The notes under the pieces are model-generated. The model saw only the letters and a program-made list of their open reading frames with translations, was not told the DNA's origin and did not search any database. 57,771 bases of DNA from Micrococcales bacterium (GTDB taxonomy: Bacteria > Actinomycetota > Actinomycetes > Actinomycetales > Microbacteriaceae): contig JBJTOA010000101.1 in the NCBI GenBank assembly GCA_046074285.1, positions 1-57,771 on the forward strand, read 5' to 3'. Both the position numbers and the translations under genes were made by a program. Positions within the stretch are counted from its first letter, which is position 1, and each line of letters starts with the position of its first letter. Below, in pieces: positions 31,695-42,071 of the stretch.

Positions 31695-32561
31695 CTACAC
31701 CGTCAATATTTCTGGGCCGTCTTCAGTGATCACAATCGTGTGCTCAAACTGCGCGGTCCAACTTTTATCTTTAGTGGTTACTGTCCAGTTGTCAGACCAA
31801 ATATCCCACGCATAAGTGCCAAGAGTCAGCATTGGTTCGATAGTAAAAACCATGCCCACTTCGATGATGTCGTCATATCTCGGTGCACTGTCATAGTGAG
31901 GAATGATTAGCCCGTTGTGAAAACTCTCACCAATGCCGTGACCGGTGAAGTCTCTTACCACGCCGTAGCCGAATCGCTTTGCGTAAGATTCGATACTTCT
32001 TCCGATGATGTTAACTTCACGTCCTGGCAGGGCTGCGGCAATGCCGCGCTCCATTGCGACTCGCGTGCGCTCAACCAAATCAACAACTTCTTGGCGAACG
32101 TTACCCACAAGAAAAGTTGCATTGGTATCCCCGTGATAACCATTCTTGAATGCAGTGATGTCGAGATTCACGATATCTCCATCTTGAATCACGGTGTCGT
32201 CTGGGATTCCGTGACAGATCACCTCGTTGAGTGAGGTGCAGAGTGATTTCGGGAACCCGCGGTAGCCGAGCGTCGAGGGGTAGGCATCGTGATCAATTAG
32301 AAATTGGTGGGCAAGTGCGTCTAAGTCATCCGTAGTCATACCGACCTGGATTTGCGAGCCAACGTATTTAGTAGCTTCGGCAGCAAGCTTAGAACTCGCA
32401 CGAATATGCTCGATGGCTTCAGGGCTTTGTACGTAACCGCCAGCATGTGCTTTAGGGGTGTTTTTGCCTACGTACTCTGGTCGAGTGATGTGCTTGGGAA
32501 CAGTTCTTTGAGGGCTAATTTTGCCTGAGAAGAGGTAACCGGTTTTCGAGTCTCGGGGCAT
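31695..32561 (-). CDS. map: Methionine aminopeptidase type I
   Basis: CTSLNEVICHGIP, GYHGD, GHGIG, FTIEPM and AQFEHT. Confidence 0.96.
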   Translation of the reverse strand: MPRDSKTGYLFSGKISPQRTVPKHITRPEYVGKNTPKAHAGGYVQSPEAIEHIRASSKLAAEATKYVGSQIQVGMTTDDLDALAHQFLIDHDAYPSTLGYRGFPKSLCTSLNEVICHGIPDDTVIQDGDIVNLDITAFKNGYHGDTNATFLVGNVRQEVVDLVERTRVAMERGIAAALPGREVNIIGRSIESYAKRFGYGVVRDFTGHGIGESFHNGLIIPHYDSAPRYDDIIEVGMVFTIEPMLTLGTYAWDIWSDNWTVTTKDKSWTAQFEHTIVITEDGPEILTV

Positions 32562-32582
32562 GGGTCTAGTCTATTCATCAGC

Positions 32583-32765
32583 ATGAATGAGAAACCGAAA
32601 ATCGAGTACTGGTTCAACCTAAAAACTCTCAAAGTAGAAAAAGGGCTTCAGAGTGCGGCGCCGTATCGCGTCGGCCCATTTGCAACCGAGGCTGAAGCAT
32701 TAAACGCATTGAAACTGCTACAGAGCCGCGCTGACAAGTGGCGTGAAGAAGAAGATCGCGACTAG
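32583..32765 (+). CDS. Small conserved hypothetical protein (SPOR-like GPF.T..EA motif)
   Basis: YW.N.KT..VE.G...R.GPF.T..EA..A pattern; divergent from map and fills the map-panB gap. Confidence 0.72.
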   Translation: MNEKPKIEYWFNLKTLKVEKGLQSAAPYRVGPFATEAEALNALKLLQSRADKWREEEDRD

Positions 32766-33565
32766 TTGAATTCGTGGTCGCTGGTGGGAAATTCACCTTT
32801 GAGCACTTCTGCATGGTAGTCGCTAGCCGCGGTCATTAGTGTGCTTCGCAGTTCGGCATAGCGCTTGACAAACTTGCGAGCCTTTGCCGTCAATCCAGCG
32901 AAGTCGGTCCAGACCAAGATCTGGGCATCACACCCAGCGCCTGCACCAATGCCAATTGTTGGAATGCTCAATTCCTTAGAAACTTCTGCTGCGAGCTCGG
33001 CAGGAACCAGTTCTAGAACTACTGCAAACGCCCCGGCTGCTTCGACCGCCTTAGCGTCAGCGAAAAGTTTTTCTGCGCCTTCTCCGCGCCCTTGAACCTT
33101 GAAACCTCCGAGCTGGTGAACGCTCTGAGGTGTAAAACCGATGTGTCCCATTACTGGGATTCCGGCTTCGGTTAGGTGCTTGATGCGATCAGCGCTTCTC
33201 ACGCCGCCCTCAAGTTTGACAGCTGCCGAACTGGTGGTCTTGAGCAAACGGATGGCGTTCGATAGCGCCAACTCGTTGCTGATCTCATATGAGCCAAATG
33301 GCATGTCAACCACGACTAGCGCGCGATTTGCCGCCTTAGCAACAGCACGACCGAAAGGGATAACTTCATCGATGGTGATTGGCAGTGTGGAGTCATAACC
33401 TAGGTGATTGTCAGCGGCCGAATCACCTACCAATAGCACCTCGATTCCGGCCTCATCAAAGATTCCCGCAGTCAGGTAGTCATAGCTGGTAAGGCAGGCA
33501 AACTTTTGACCCGCTGCCTTGAATTCCTGCAGCGTGCTGGTGCGAATCTTCTTTGGGTTAAGCAT
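32762..33565 (-). CDS. panB: 3-methyl-2-oxobutanoate hydroxymethyltransferase
   Basis: LT.YD, LVGDS, DMPFGSY, VKLEGG and GHIG.TPQ. Confidence 0.95.
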   Translation of the reverse strand: MLNPKKIRTSTLQEFKAAGQKFACLTSYDYLTAGIFDEAGIEVLLVGDSAADNHLGYDSTLPITIDEVIPFGRAVAKAANRALVVVDMPFGSYEISNELALSNAIRLLKTTSSAAVKLEGGVRSADRIKHLTEAGIPVMGHIGFTPQSVHQLGGFKVQGRGEGAEKLFADAKAVEAAGAFAVVLELVPAELAAEVSKELSIPTIGIGAGAGCDAQILVWTDFAGLTAKARKFVKRYAELRSTLMTAASDYHAEVLKGEFPTSDHEFN

Positions 33566-33957
33566 CAAGCGCGCTTCCAGGCATCCACTTCAATTTCGAC
33601 CAGCATTTTAGGATTCACGAACTGAACCCCGCTGAGAATTGTCAAAGCTGGGCGAATTTCGCTAAATACTTCACCGTGAGCTTTGCCGGCTTCGTCGGCT
33701 GCCTCAGCAGTGGTGCAGTAGACACGAGACCTAACCACATCTTTAAGCTCATAACCAACTTCTGCGAGGGCGTTTGCGATTACCTGAGTGAGCGCTACTT
33801 TCGCTTGCCCGTAAGCGTCACCTTCGTGTTGCAATACGCCACCTACCGTTGCGGTTGAACCTGAAACATGCACGTATTCACCGGCTACAGTTGCACGGCT
33901 GTAACCGAGGATTGGTTCGTATGGACTGCCACTAGAAATGAGGCGATCTGCTGCCAT
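33565..33957 (-). CDS. RidA/YjgF family protein
   Basis: GYSRA...G....VSG.T, RPA.T and VEIEVDA. Confidence 0.88.
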   Translation of the reverse strand: MAADRLISSGSPYEPILGYSRATVAGEYVHVSGSTATVGGVLQHEGDAYGQAKVALTQVIANALAEVGYELKDVVRSRVYCTTAEAADEAGKAHGEVFSEIRPALTILSGVQFVNPKMLVEIEVDAWKRA

Positions 33958-33992
33958 GATTCTCTTCTTTCAGAAAGGTCTAGGTTTATAGG

Positions 33993-35645
33993 TTAGGGCT
34001 TGTAGCGGTTGGTGATTGGCACTCGGCGTTCGCGACCAAAAGACTGGCTCGAGATCTTCGGCCCAATCGCTCCTTGGCGACGCTTCCACTCGGCGCGGTC
34101 AACAAGATTTAGCACCTTAGTGACCACGTCAGCTTCGAAGCCATGGCGAATGATTTCGCTGCTGCTCAGGCGCTGACCCAAGAAAAGCTCGAGAATTTCA
34201 TCCAAAACCTCGTATTCAGGCAGTGAGTCCTGGTCTACCTGTCCAGGGCGAAGTTCTGCCGAAGGCGGTTTAGTAATCGAGTTCTCAGGTATCGGTGCTT
34301 GGGCTGCGCCTTCAACAGCGACCTTGTTTCGCCAACGAGCTAAGTCCCAAACCATGGTTTTGGGAACATCCTTGATGGGTGCGAAACCACCAACTGAGTC
34401 GCCGTAAATCGTGCTGTAGCCGACTGCGAGTTCAGTCTTGTTACCAGTGGTCAGCACTAGGTGGCCCTCCTGGTTGCTCAAACCCATAAGGATCAAAGCT
34501 CGGATGCGCGCCTGCAAGTTCTCAGCAGCCAAACCTGACAACTGCAACTGCGCCTGTGCCGTCGTGAAAATATCTTCAATGGTTTCGGTTCGTATTTGGA
34601 TGCCCAGTCTTTCGGCTAGGTCAAAAGCATCGCTCTTCGAGTGATCAGAAGAATACTTGCTCGGAAGGCTGACTCCAAAAACCCGATCAGCGCCTAGTGC
34701 GTCAGTTGCAATCGCTGCGCAAACAGCGCTGTCGATGCCACCGCTGAGCCCCAAGATTACAGATTTAAAGCCGTTCTTCTCGACATAGTCATGCAAACCC
34801 AAAGTCAATGCGTTCCAGATGTCTGAAAGTTCTTCGGCAGCACAGTGACTTGGCGATGTTGAAGCGGCAGCTTGTTTTGAATCAATGTCGATGATGGTCA
34901 GGTCTGGCTCAAACTTTGAGGCACGGTAGACAAGTTCACCCCGTGAGTTCGCAAAAATGCTGTCGCCGTCGAAAACCAAATCATCTTGTCCGCCGACTAG
35001 GTTGACATAGGCGACCGCACAATCTTGGTTGGTCGCCAATTGGTTGACCAGCTGCAAACGTCGGTCATCCTTATCGATTTCGAAGGGCGAACCATTCAGC
35101 ACAAGTGCAACGTCAGTGTGAACGGTAGCCAGTTGAGAAACTGGGCCGCCAGCTTGCCAAATGTCCTCGCAAATCACCGTTGAAAACTTCAATCCGTTCA
35201 GTTCAAAACTCATCAGTGACTGCCCGGGGACGAAACTGCGGTATTCATCAAAAACCGAATAGTTAGGCAGATGGTGCTTGTGGTATCGAGCCTGGATTTT
35301 GCCGTCGTGAATCAGCAGGGCGCTATTGTGCGCGACAGCCCAGCCATTGTGTTCGTTATTTTCAGCTCGGGTAATTGACCCAAGTACCACACGGATTTCG
35401 CCGAAGCCTTCCGTATGTAAATTCTGTGCAAATTCTTTTACTGCAGTTTCCGCTGCTGCGATGAATCCTTCACGATATGCCAGGTCTTCGATCGGGTAGC
35501 CGGTTGCTGCCATTTCCCCGAAAACAACGAGGTTTGCGCCGGCTTGAGCAGCAATTCTGACCTGATCAAATGCCCCTGCGAGGTTCGCTGCAAGGTCGCC
35601 AACCACAGGGTTGGTCTGAGCAAGCGCTAAGCGAACTTTTGGCAT
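33993..35645 (-). CDS. nadE: Glutamine-dependent NAD+ synthetase
   Basis: Nitrilase domain (E, K, ICEDIW) plus SGGIDS, ENLQAR and TGNKTE. ATG 35645 follows the -10 TAGGCT. Confidence 0.95.
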   Translation of the reverse strand: MPKVRLALAQTNPVVGDLAANLAGAFDQVRIAAQAGANLVVFGEMAATGYPIEDLAYREGFIAAAETAVKEFAQNLHTEGFGEIRVVLGSITRAENNEHNGWAVAHNSALLIHDGKIQARYHKHHLPNYSVFDEYRSFVPGQSLMSFELNGLKFSTVICEDIWQAGGPVSQLATVHTDVALVLNGSPFEIDKDDRRLQLVNQLATNQDCAVAYVNLVGGQDDLVFDGDSIFANSRGELVYRASKFEPDLTIIDIDSKQAAASTSPSHCAAEELSDIWNALTLGLHDYVEKNGFKSVILGLSGGIDSAVCAAIATDALGADRVFGVSLPSKYSSDHSKSDAFDLAERLGIQIRTETIEDIFTTAQAQLQLSGLAAENLQARIRALILMGLSNQEGHLVLTTGNKTELAVGYSTIYGDSVGGFAPIKDVPKTMVWDLARWRNKVAVEGAAQAPIPENSITKPPSAELRPGQVDQDSLPEYEVLDEILELFLGQRLSSSEIIRHGFEADVVTKVLNLVDRAEWKRRQGAIGPKISSQSFGRERRVPITNRYKP

Positions 35646-35684
35646 ACCGACTAGCCTAGTAGCAGGCTCTGAGAGGAACACCTG

Positions 35685-37022
35685 ATGGAACGACAAAGAG
35701 ATTTTGTACTGCGCACAATTGAAGAGCGCGGAGTGAAATTCATTCGACTTTGGTTCACCGACGTTGCGGGAACTCTAAAGTCAGTTGCCATTGCTCCCGC
35801 AGAAGCAGAAGGCGCTTTTGCTGAGGGTCTTGGGTTTGATGGTTCTGCCATCGAGGGGCTAGCTCGCACCTACGAAGCTGACATGTTGGCAATGCCTGAC
35901 CCGAGCACTTTCCAGATTTTGCCTTGGCGCGGAGAAATTGATCCGACCGCTCGCATGTTCTGCGACATTATGACACCAGACGGTCAACCTGCGGCTGCCG
36001 ACCCGCGCAACGTGCTTCGACGCCAGCTTAACAAGGCAAGCGAAAAGGGTTTCAGTTTCTACATTCACCCAGAGATCGAGTTCTACCTTTTGAAGTCGGC
36101 TACCTTCGGCCCAGAGGGTCCGATTCCGGTAGACACGGCAGGTTATTTTGACAATGTTCCTGGTGGCACGGCTCACGATTTCAGACGTCGAGCAGTTGGA
36201 ATGCTTGAGCAGCTTGGAATCTCGGTTGAATTCAGTCACCATGAAGGTGGCCCGGGTCAAAATGAAATCGACTTGCGCTACGCGGATGCCCTGACCATGG
36301 CTGACAACATCATGACCTTCAGGACTGTCATCAAAGAGGTTGCTATCGAGCAAGGTGTTTACGCGACCTTTATGCCTAAGCCTTTCTCGCAGCACCCTGG
36401 CTCGGGAATGCACACCCACATGAGCCTGTTTGAGGGTGACACCAATGCCTTCTACGACCCGAGCGACAGGTATCACCTATCTAAAGTTGCCAAGCACTTC
36501 ATCGCTGGCGTGCTCACTCACGCTGCCGAGATTACGGCAGTCACGAATCAATATGTGAACTCTTACAAGCGCCTGTGGGGTGGAGGAGAGGCTCCTAGCT
36601 TCGTTTGCTGGGGCCACAACAACCGTTCTGCGCTACTTCGTGTTCCGCTTTATAAGCCAAACAAAGGTCAGTCAACTCGCGTGGAATACCGAGCTATTGA
36701 TTCGGCTGCGAATCCTTATCTGGCTTACGCGCTCATCCTCGGTGCTGGTTTGAAAGGCATCGAAGAAGAGTATGCTCTTCCGGCTGAGACCGAAGATAAC
36801 GTATGGGAGCTCACTGATGCAGAACGTCGGGCAATGGGAATCCAACCGCTTCCGCAAAGCCTTGACCACGCCATTCGCAAACTCGAACAGTCTGAACTCG
36901 CCGCTGATATTCTCGGCGAAGAAGTTTTCAGCTATGTTCTGGCCAACAAGCGCCGAGAGTGGAGCGAGTACCGCGCTCAGGTAACTCCGTTCGAACTGAA
37001 CAACCTTCTCGGCACACTTTAG
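35685..37022 (+). CDS. glnA: Glutamine synthetase family protein (GlnA2-like)
   Basis: FDGSAI, HHEGGPGQNEI, GSGMHTH and NSYKRL; the adenylylation Tyr is replaced by Trp (NVWEL). Confidence 0.9.
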   Translation: MERQRDFVLRTIEERGVKFIRLWFTDVAGTLKSVAIAPAEAEGAFAEGLGFDGSAIEGLARTYEADMLAMPDPSTFQILPWRGEIDPTARMFCDIMTPDGQPAAADPRNVLRRQLNKASEKGFSFYIHPEIEFYLLKSATFGPEGPIPVDTAGYFDNVPGGTAHDFRRRAVGMLEQLGISVEFSHHEGGPGQNEIDLRYADALTMADNIMTFRTVIKEVAIEQGVYATFMPKPFSQHPGSGMHTHMSLFEGDTNAFYDPSDRYHLSKVAKHFIAGVLTHAAEITAVTNQYVNSYKRLWGGGEAPSFVCWGHNNRSALLRVPLYKPNKGQSTRVEYRAIDSAANPYLAYALILGAGLKGIEEEYALPAETEDNVWELTDAERRAMGIQPLPQSLDHAIRKLEQSELAADILGEEVFSYVLANKRREWSEYRAQVTPFELNNLLGTL

Positions 37023-37034
37023 TAGCGGGCAGAA

Positions 37035-40000
37035 GTGTCATCATCGCTAACCGAACTCGCGCGGTACGGTTTTAGCGACCTCACCTCGACCATGCCAAAA
37101 CTCGACCAGCTGGTTGGTTTAGTTGGTGATTCTGGGCGCTCTGCCTTGGCGTCGCTAGCGAAATCAGCAAATCCGGATCAAGCTCTGAACGCACTGCTGG
37201 ATTACGCTCAGGCTGATAAGAAAGCAATCAAACGATTGCTAGCCAAGGTTGATTCAGCCGACCGGCTTTGCATCACACTTGGTTCATCGAGCGCGCTGGT
37301 TGATTTCATCAGGCGTAGACCAGAGCAACTCGAGCTTTTTGAAAAACCGGTTGTAAAGCTGCTTGAACAGGCAGAGCTAACCGAACTCGTGCGAAAAGCT
37401 GTCATGCCAGCAATAGCTCAGTTCATCAAGAGCCCTGCCGAATACGGCAGTGAAGCATGTTGGAATATCTTGCGTCTGACCTATCGGAGTGAACTGCTTA
37501 AGATCGCAATATTCGATGTTACGAACCCTAAACCTCAGGATGCACTGCCTGTAGTTGCAGCGAGTTTGGCAGACCTGGCTGGGGCCGCAATCGAAGCTGC
37601 AATCGACATAGCTAGAGCAGAACTGAGTCATACCAAGGATTTCGGCAACTTCACAGCTGCAGAGGTCGCGGCTACCAATTTTGCAGTTATTGCAATGGGT
37701 AAATGCGGTGCTCGTGAGCTCAATTACATAAGTGACGTGGATGTCATTTTCGTTGGCGAACCGGCGAATGAAACCATCGATAACCAGCGTGCCATTGAAG
37801 TTTCAACCAAGTTAGCCACCCGAACCATGCGAGCAATTGATGGCAACGCAAAAGAACCAATGCTCTGGCAGGTAGACCCGAATCTACGCCCCGAGGGTAA
37901 AAGTGGCGCGCTAGTTCGAACGCTTGAATCGCACGTTGCATACTACGACCGATGGGCCGAGTCTTGGGAGTTTCAGGCGCTACTCAAGGCGCGTCACCTG
38001 GCAGGCAGCAAAGACCTCGGTGATGCGTATGTAACCGCTCTCAACCCAAAGGTTTGGGAATCTAGCAAACGCGAAAACTTCGTGGAGAACGCGCAGAAAA
38101 TGCGTCAACGTGTGCTCGAATTCATCCCGGTAAATGAAGTCGATCGGGAAATCAAGCTAGGCCCTGGCGGGCTTCGAGATATTGAATTCACCGTTCAGCT
38201 TTTGCAGTTGGTTCACGGTCGCGCTGACGAGACTGTGCATCAGCGAGACACCCTGAGTGCCTTAGCGGCACTGGTCGCTGCTGGTTATGTTTCGCGTGAA
38301 GACGCTGCAATTTTTGATAAGCAATACCGGTACCTTCGCTTTTTGGAACATCGCATTCAACTCAGTGAGCTGAGGAGAACACACCTCATGCCTACGAGTG
38401 AACTAGCTCTGCGATCGCTTGCTCGTTCGGTAGATCTGAAAATGACAGCTGATTCGCTGGTTGAGCAGTGGGAGGGCGTTAAGGGCGAAGTTCGAGGGTT
38501 GCACCAGAAACTCTTCTATCGCCCGCTGCTCAGCGCTGTCGCAAAACTTGACACCGGACTCGCACTTTCAGACGAGCAAGCTGTAGATCGTTTGCAAGCC
38601 ATCGGTTTCTCTGATGCAAAGGGAGCGCTCGGTCACATTCGTGCACTAACCGGTGGGCTTTCTAGGCGTGCTGCAATTCAGAAGAACCTGTTGCCGATTC
38701 TTCTTGAGTGGTTCGGCAAGGGCACTGACCCAGATGCTGCACTGCTGGCATTCAGAACGCTCTCTGAGGCATTAGGGGACTCACCTTGGTTCCTCAGGAT
38801 GCTCCGCGATTCGAGTGGCGCTGCCGAACGCATGACGCAGGTATTGTCAAATTCGAAACTGGCAACCTCACTGTTCGCAAAAATTCCGGAAGCAGCCGCC
38901 TGGTTCGATAAACCAGAGGATCTAGTCCCGATTACAGCTGAAGAACTAGCCACTGAAGTTACTGCGCTGCTGGAAAGGCACCAAACAATTGAACCGGCTG
39001 CTGCTGCGATGAGGTTCATGCGCAGGCGTGAAACCCTGAGGCTTGCTATGGCAGCCATCGTGGGTGAACTAACTATTGAGCAACTTGGTGAAGCAATGAC
39101 GGCAATAACCGAGAGCTATCTGGTCGGTGTTTTAGATGCAGTGCTTTCGCTTTCGCCGGACAAAGTTGGCGATCGCAGGCTAGCCAATTGTGTTGATTTT
39201 GCAGTTGTCGCAATGGGACGCTTCGGGGGAGAAGAACTAGGCTTCGGTTCTGACGCTGATGTCATGTTTGTTCACCAGGCCCAACAGGGTGTCGAACCGC
39301 AAGTTGCTCAAAAGGCAGCTGAGAAAATCGTTTCACTGGTTCGTCAGTATTCGCAAGACACCCTGCTTGAATTTGAGCTTGATCTTGACCTTCGACCAGA
39401 AGGAAAGCAAGGGCCTACAGTGCGTTCCCTCGATTCATACCGCGCCTATTACGAACGCTGGGGAGCGATCTGGGAGAACCAAGCTCTACTTAGAGCGAGA
39501 ACTATCGCGGGATCTCAAGCGCTTCGGTCAGCATTTGACGCATTGGCTAATCAATACCGCTACCCGGCTGAAATCTCAGCTGCGAACATTCAAGAAATTC
39601 GTCGCATCAAGGCACGCGTTGAAACCGAGCGTTTGCCTCAGGGTGCTGACCCGAAACGACATCTGAAACTCGGTCGCGGATCGCTCAGTGATGTCGAGTG
39701 GGCTGTCCAGCTAATGCAGTTGATCCACGGAGCTAAGCATCCGAGTATTCGCACTTCTCATACGCTCGAAGCTCTTGCAGAGTGCGTGAAAGAAGATCTA
39801 ATCGCTTCGCACGATGCCAAAGTTCTCGAGGCGGCATGGTTGCTGGCGTCTAGAGTTCGCGCGGCGAGCGTGCTATGGGCGAACAAGCGCACCGACGTTT
39901 TGCCGGCTGATCGCAAGCAACTCGAAGGTATGGCCAGGATTCTCGAGTACCCCGCGTTTAGCGCTACAACGCTCGAACAAGACTATTTAGCTGCTACTAG

Positions 40001-40055
40001 AAGAGCTCGATTGGTGTTCGAACGGGTTTTCTACGGCTACAGCACCGAAGACTAA
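37035..40055 (+). CDS. glnE: Glutamine synthetase adenylyltransferase / adenylyl-removing enzyme
   Basis: Two nucleotidyltransferase repeats: MGKCGARELNY.SDVD and MGRFGGEEL.FGSDAD, with LRPEG in both halves. Confidence 0.95.
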   Translation: MSSSLTELARYGFSDLTSTMPKLDQLVGLVGDSGRSALASLAKSANPDQALNALLDYAQADKKAIKRLLAKVDSADRLCITLGSSSALVDFIRRRPEQLELFEKPVVKLLEQAELTELVRKAVMPAIAQFIKSPAEYGSEACWNILRLTYRSELLKIAIFDVTNPKPQDALPVVAASLADLAGAAIEAAIDIARAELSHTKDFGNFTAAEVAATNFAVIAMGKCGARELNYISDVDVIFVGEPANETIDNQRAIEVSTKLATRTMRAIDGNAKEPMLWQVDPNLRPEGKSGALVRTLESHVAYYDRWAESWEFQALLKARHLAGSKDLGDAYVTALNPKVWESSKRENFVENAQKMRQRVLEFIPVNEVDREIKLGPGGLRDIEFTVQLLQLVHGRADETVHQRDTLSALAALVAAGYVSREDAAIFDKQYRYLRFLEHRIQLSELRRTHLMPTSELALRSLARSVDLKMTADSLVEQWEGVKGEVRGLHQKLFYRPLLSAVAKLDTGLALSDEQAVDRLQAIGFSDAKGALGHIRALTGGLSRRAAIQKNLLPILLEWFGKGTDPDAALLAFRTLSEALGDSPWFLRMLRDSSGAAERMTQVLSNSKLATSLFAKIPEAAAWFDKPEDLVPITAEELATEVTALLERHQTIEPAAAAMRFMRRRETLRLAMAAIVGELTIEQLGEAMTAITESYLVGVLDAVLSLSPDKVGDRRLANCVDFAVVAMGRFGGEELGFGSDADVMFVHQAQQGVEPQVAQKAAEKIVSLVRQYSQDTLLEFELDLDLRPEGKQGPTVRSLDSYRAYYERWGAIWENQALLRARTIAGSQALRSAFDALANQYRYPAEISAANIQEIRRIKARVETERLPQGADPKRHLKLGRGSLSDVEWAVQLMQLIHGAKHPSIRTSHTLEALAECVKEDLIASHDAKVLEAAWLLASRVRAASVLWANKRTDVLPADRKQLEGMARILEYPAFSATTLEQDYLAATRRARLVFERVFYGYSTED

Positions 40056-40067
40056 CCCTTAAACCAA

Positions 40068-40097
40068 AAGTGGCCCCACCCGAAGGTGAGGCCACTT
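40068..40097. terminator. Hairpin between convergent glnE and glnA
   Basis: AAGTGGCC-C-CACC-CGAA-GGTG-A-GGCCACTT, with an A-run on the left that gives a U-tail on the minus strand. Confidence 0.7.
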
Positions 40098-40109
40098 CTA
40101 ATGGCTCGA

Positions 40110-41534
40110 TTAGACGCCGTAGTACAGTTCGAACTCGTATGGGTGAATACGAAGTGCAAGAGGTTTGATCTCGTGAACGCGCTTGTAGTCAACCCAGGTC
40201 TCGATTAGGTCCTTGGTGAATACGCCACCCTTTAGTAGGTAGTCGTGGTCAGCCTCTAGTGCCTGAAGAACAGACTCTAGATCTCCAGGAACCTGAGGGA
40301 TGAGCTTAGCCTCTTCAGGAGGTAGCTCGTACAGGTCTTTGTCAACCGGGGCTGGTGGCTCAATGCGGTTCTGAATTCCGTCAAGACCGGCCATCAACAT
40401 AGCAGCGAATGCTAGGTAAGGGTTCGAAGCTGCGTCTGGAGCACGGAACTCAATACGCTTTGCCTTCGGGTTGGTACCAGTCATTGGGATACGGATAGCA
40501 GCCGAGCGGTTACCAGCCGAGTAAACCAGGTTAACTGGTGCCTCGTAGCCAGGGACCAAACGGTGGTAAGAGTTCACTGAAGGGTTGGTAAATGCAAGCA
40601 AGCTTGGGGCGTGCTTCAAAATACCACCGATGTACCAGCGAGCGAGGTCTGAAAGACCGCCGTAGCCGTTCTCGTCGTAGAACAAAGGCTTGCCGTCTTT
40701 CCAGAGCGACTGGTGAACGTGCATACCTGAACCATTGTCACCAAAGAGTGGCTTTGGCATGAAGGTGGCGGTCTTACCCCAACGGTGTGCAGTGTTCTTG
40801 ACAATGTACTTGAACTTCAAGATGTCATCTGCAGCGTGTAGCAGAGTGTCGAAACGGTAGTTGATTTCACCCTGACCAGCGGTACCAACTTCGTGGTGGC
40901 TGCGCTCAACAGCTAGACCAACGTTTAGCAGCTCGAGAACGATGTCATCGCGCATGTCAGCGTGCTGGTCAACTGGTGACACTGGGAAGTAACCACCCTT
41001 GTAAGGAGTCTTGTTTGCGAGGTTTCCGCCTTCTTCAACGCGACCCGAGTTCCAGGCAGCTTCGTCAGAGTCGATGAAGTGACCTGATGAGTGCTGGTTG
41101 TAGTGGTAGCGAACATCATCGAAGATGAAGAATTCTGCTTCTGGAGCAAAGAATGCGGTGTCTGCAATGCCGGTGGTGGCTAGGTAAGCCTCTGCCTTGC
41201 GTGCGGTCTGACGTGGGTCGCGACCGTAGATCTCACCATTGCGTGGGTTGTAGATGTCGAACACCATGCAAAGGGTCTTCTCAACGCGGAAAGCGTCGAG
41301 GTATGCGGTGGTCACATCAGGAATCAACTGCATGTCTGATTCGTGGATAGATGCGAAACCGCGGATTGATGAACCGTCGAACAACTGGCCATCGATGAAG
41401 AAGTCTTCGTCGATCATTGCAGCTGGGAGGTTGAAGTGTTGCTGAACACCAGGAAGGTCAGTGAAGCGAACATCAAGGAACTTTACGTCGTTGTCCTTGA
41501 TGTACTTGACGACCTCAGAGGCAGTCTTGAACAT
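40110..41534 (-). CDS. glnA: Glutamine synthetase type I (GSI-beta)
   Basis: [26 protein letters not shown] and the adenylylation site [13 protein letters not shown] 41534 follows RBS GAAGGGA. Confidence 0.96.
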   Translation of the reverse strand: MFKTASEVVKYIKDNDVKFLDVRFTDLPGVQQHFNLPAAMIDEDFFIDGQLFDGSSIRGFASIHESDMQLIPDVTTAYLDAFRVEKTLCMVFDIYNPRNGEIYGRDPRQTARKAEAYLATTGIADTAFFAPEAEFFIFDDVRYHYNQHSSGHFIDSDEAAWNSGRVEEGGNLANKTPYKGGYFPVSPVDQHADMRDDIVLELLNVGLAVERSHHEVGTAGQGEINYRFDTLLHAADDILKFKYIVKNTAHRWGKTATFMPKPLFGDNGSGMHVHQSLWKDGKPLFYDENGYGGLSDLARWYIGGILKHAPSLLAFTNPSVNSYHRLVPGYEAPVNLVYSAGNRSAAIRIPMTGTNPKAKRIEFRAPDAASNPYLAFAAMLMAGLDGIQNRIEPPAPVDKDLYELPPEEAKLIPQVPGDLESVLQALEADHDYLLKGGVFTKDLIETWVDYKRVHEIKPLALRIHPYEFELYYGV

Positions 41535-41631
41535 AGGGGGATTTCCCTTCGTTGTGGAAGTGGGGTTTCGGCGAGCCATTACGCCTACAAGAAGTTTACC
41601 CGCGCTTGTTGCCTCTTCAGGTCGTTCAAAT

Positions 41632-41647
41632 GTTTCGGGCATGTAAA
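41632..41647 (-). promoter_or_regulatory. Putative GlnR box upstream of glnA
   Basis: Minus strand TTTAC-n6-GAAAC resembles the gTnAc-n6-GaAAc consensus and lies upstream of a -10-like TAAACT. Confidence 0.5.
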
Positions 41648-41664
41648 ACATTTAGGCTGGTTAC

Positions 41665-42066
41665 ATGACTTCTGATGCAGCAAATTCCAACTGGGCCGGA
41701 CAAAGACTAGGTTTACCGAAAGCGGGAACCAATTCACTTGCAAAGATGGGCAGAAGAATACTTGCCCTCTGCGTTGATTGGGCAGCGGCCATGCTTGTCA
41801 GTTATGCATTTTTTAAATACGACAACATTGCAACACTCATCATTTTTGCCGTCGAGCAAACCCTGCTGGTAGCAACCGCACAAGCTTCTCTGGGGCACAG
41901 AATTTGCGGCTTGAAAGTCATCCGTTTAGATAGCAAGCCAGTAGGCATCTACCGAGCATTCATTCGAGCAGCGCTTTTGACAATCGTAATTCCCGTAGCA
42001 ATATGGGATAGCGATAATCGCGGTCTGCACGACAAAGCAGCTGGAACCGCGCTGGTTCTTCGATAG
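41665..42066 (+). CDS. RDD family membrane protein
   Basis: RRILAL.VDW and RGLHDKAAGT; divergent from glnA as is usual in Actinobacteria. Confidence 0.9.
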   Translation: MTSDAANSNWAGQRLGLPKAGTNSLAKMGRRILALCVDWAAAMLVSYAFFKYDNIATLIIFAVEQTLLVATAQASLGHRICGLKVIRLDSKPVGIYRAFIRAALLTIVIPVAIWDSDNRGLHDKAAGTALVLR

Positions 42067-42071
42067 AAGTT

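Noticed and set aside
35685-41534. Two glutamine synthetases flanking glnE as a novelty
   Set aside because: The GlnA1/GlnA2/GlnE cluster is standard in Actinobacteria.
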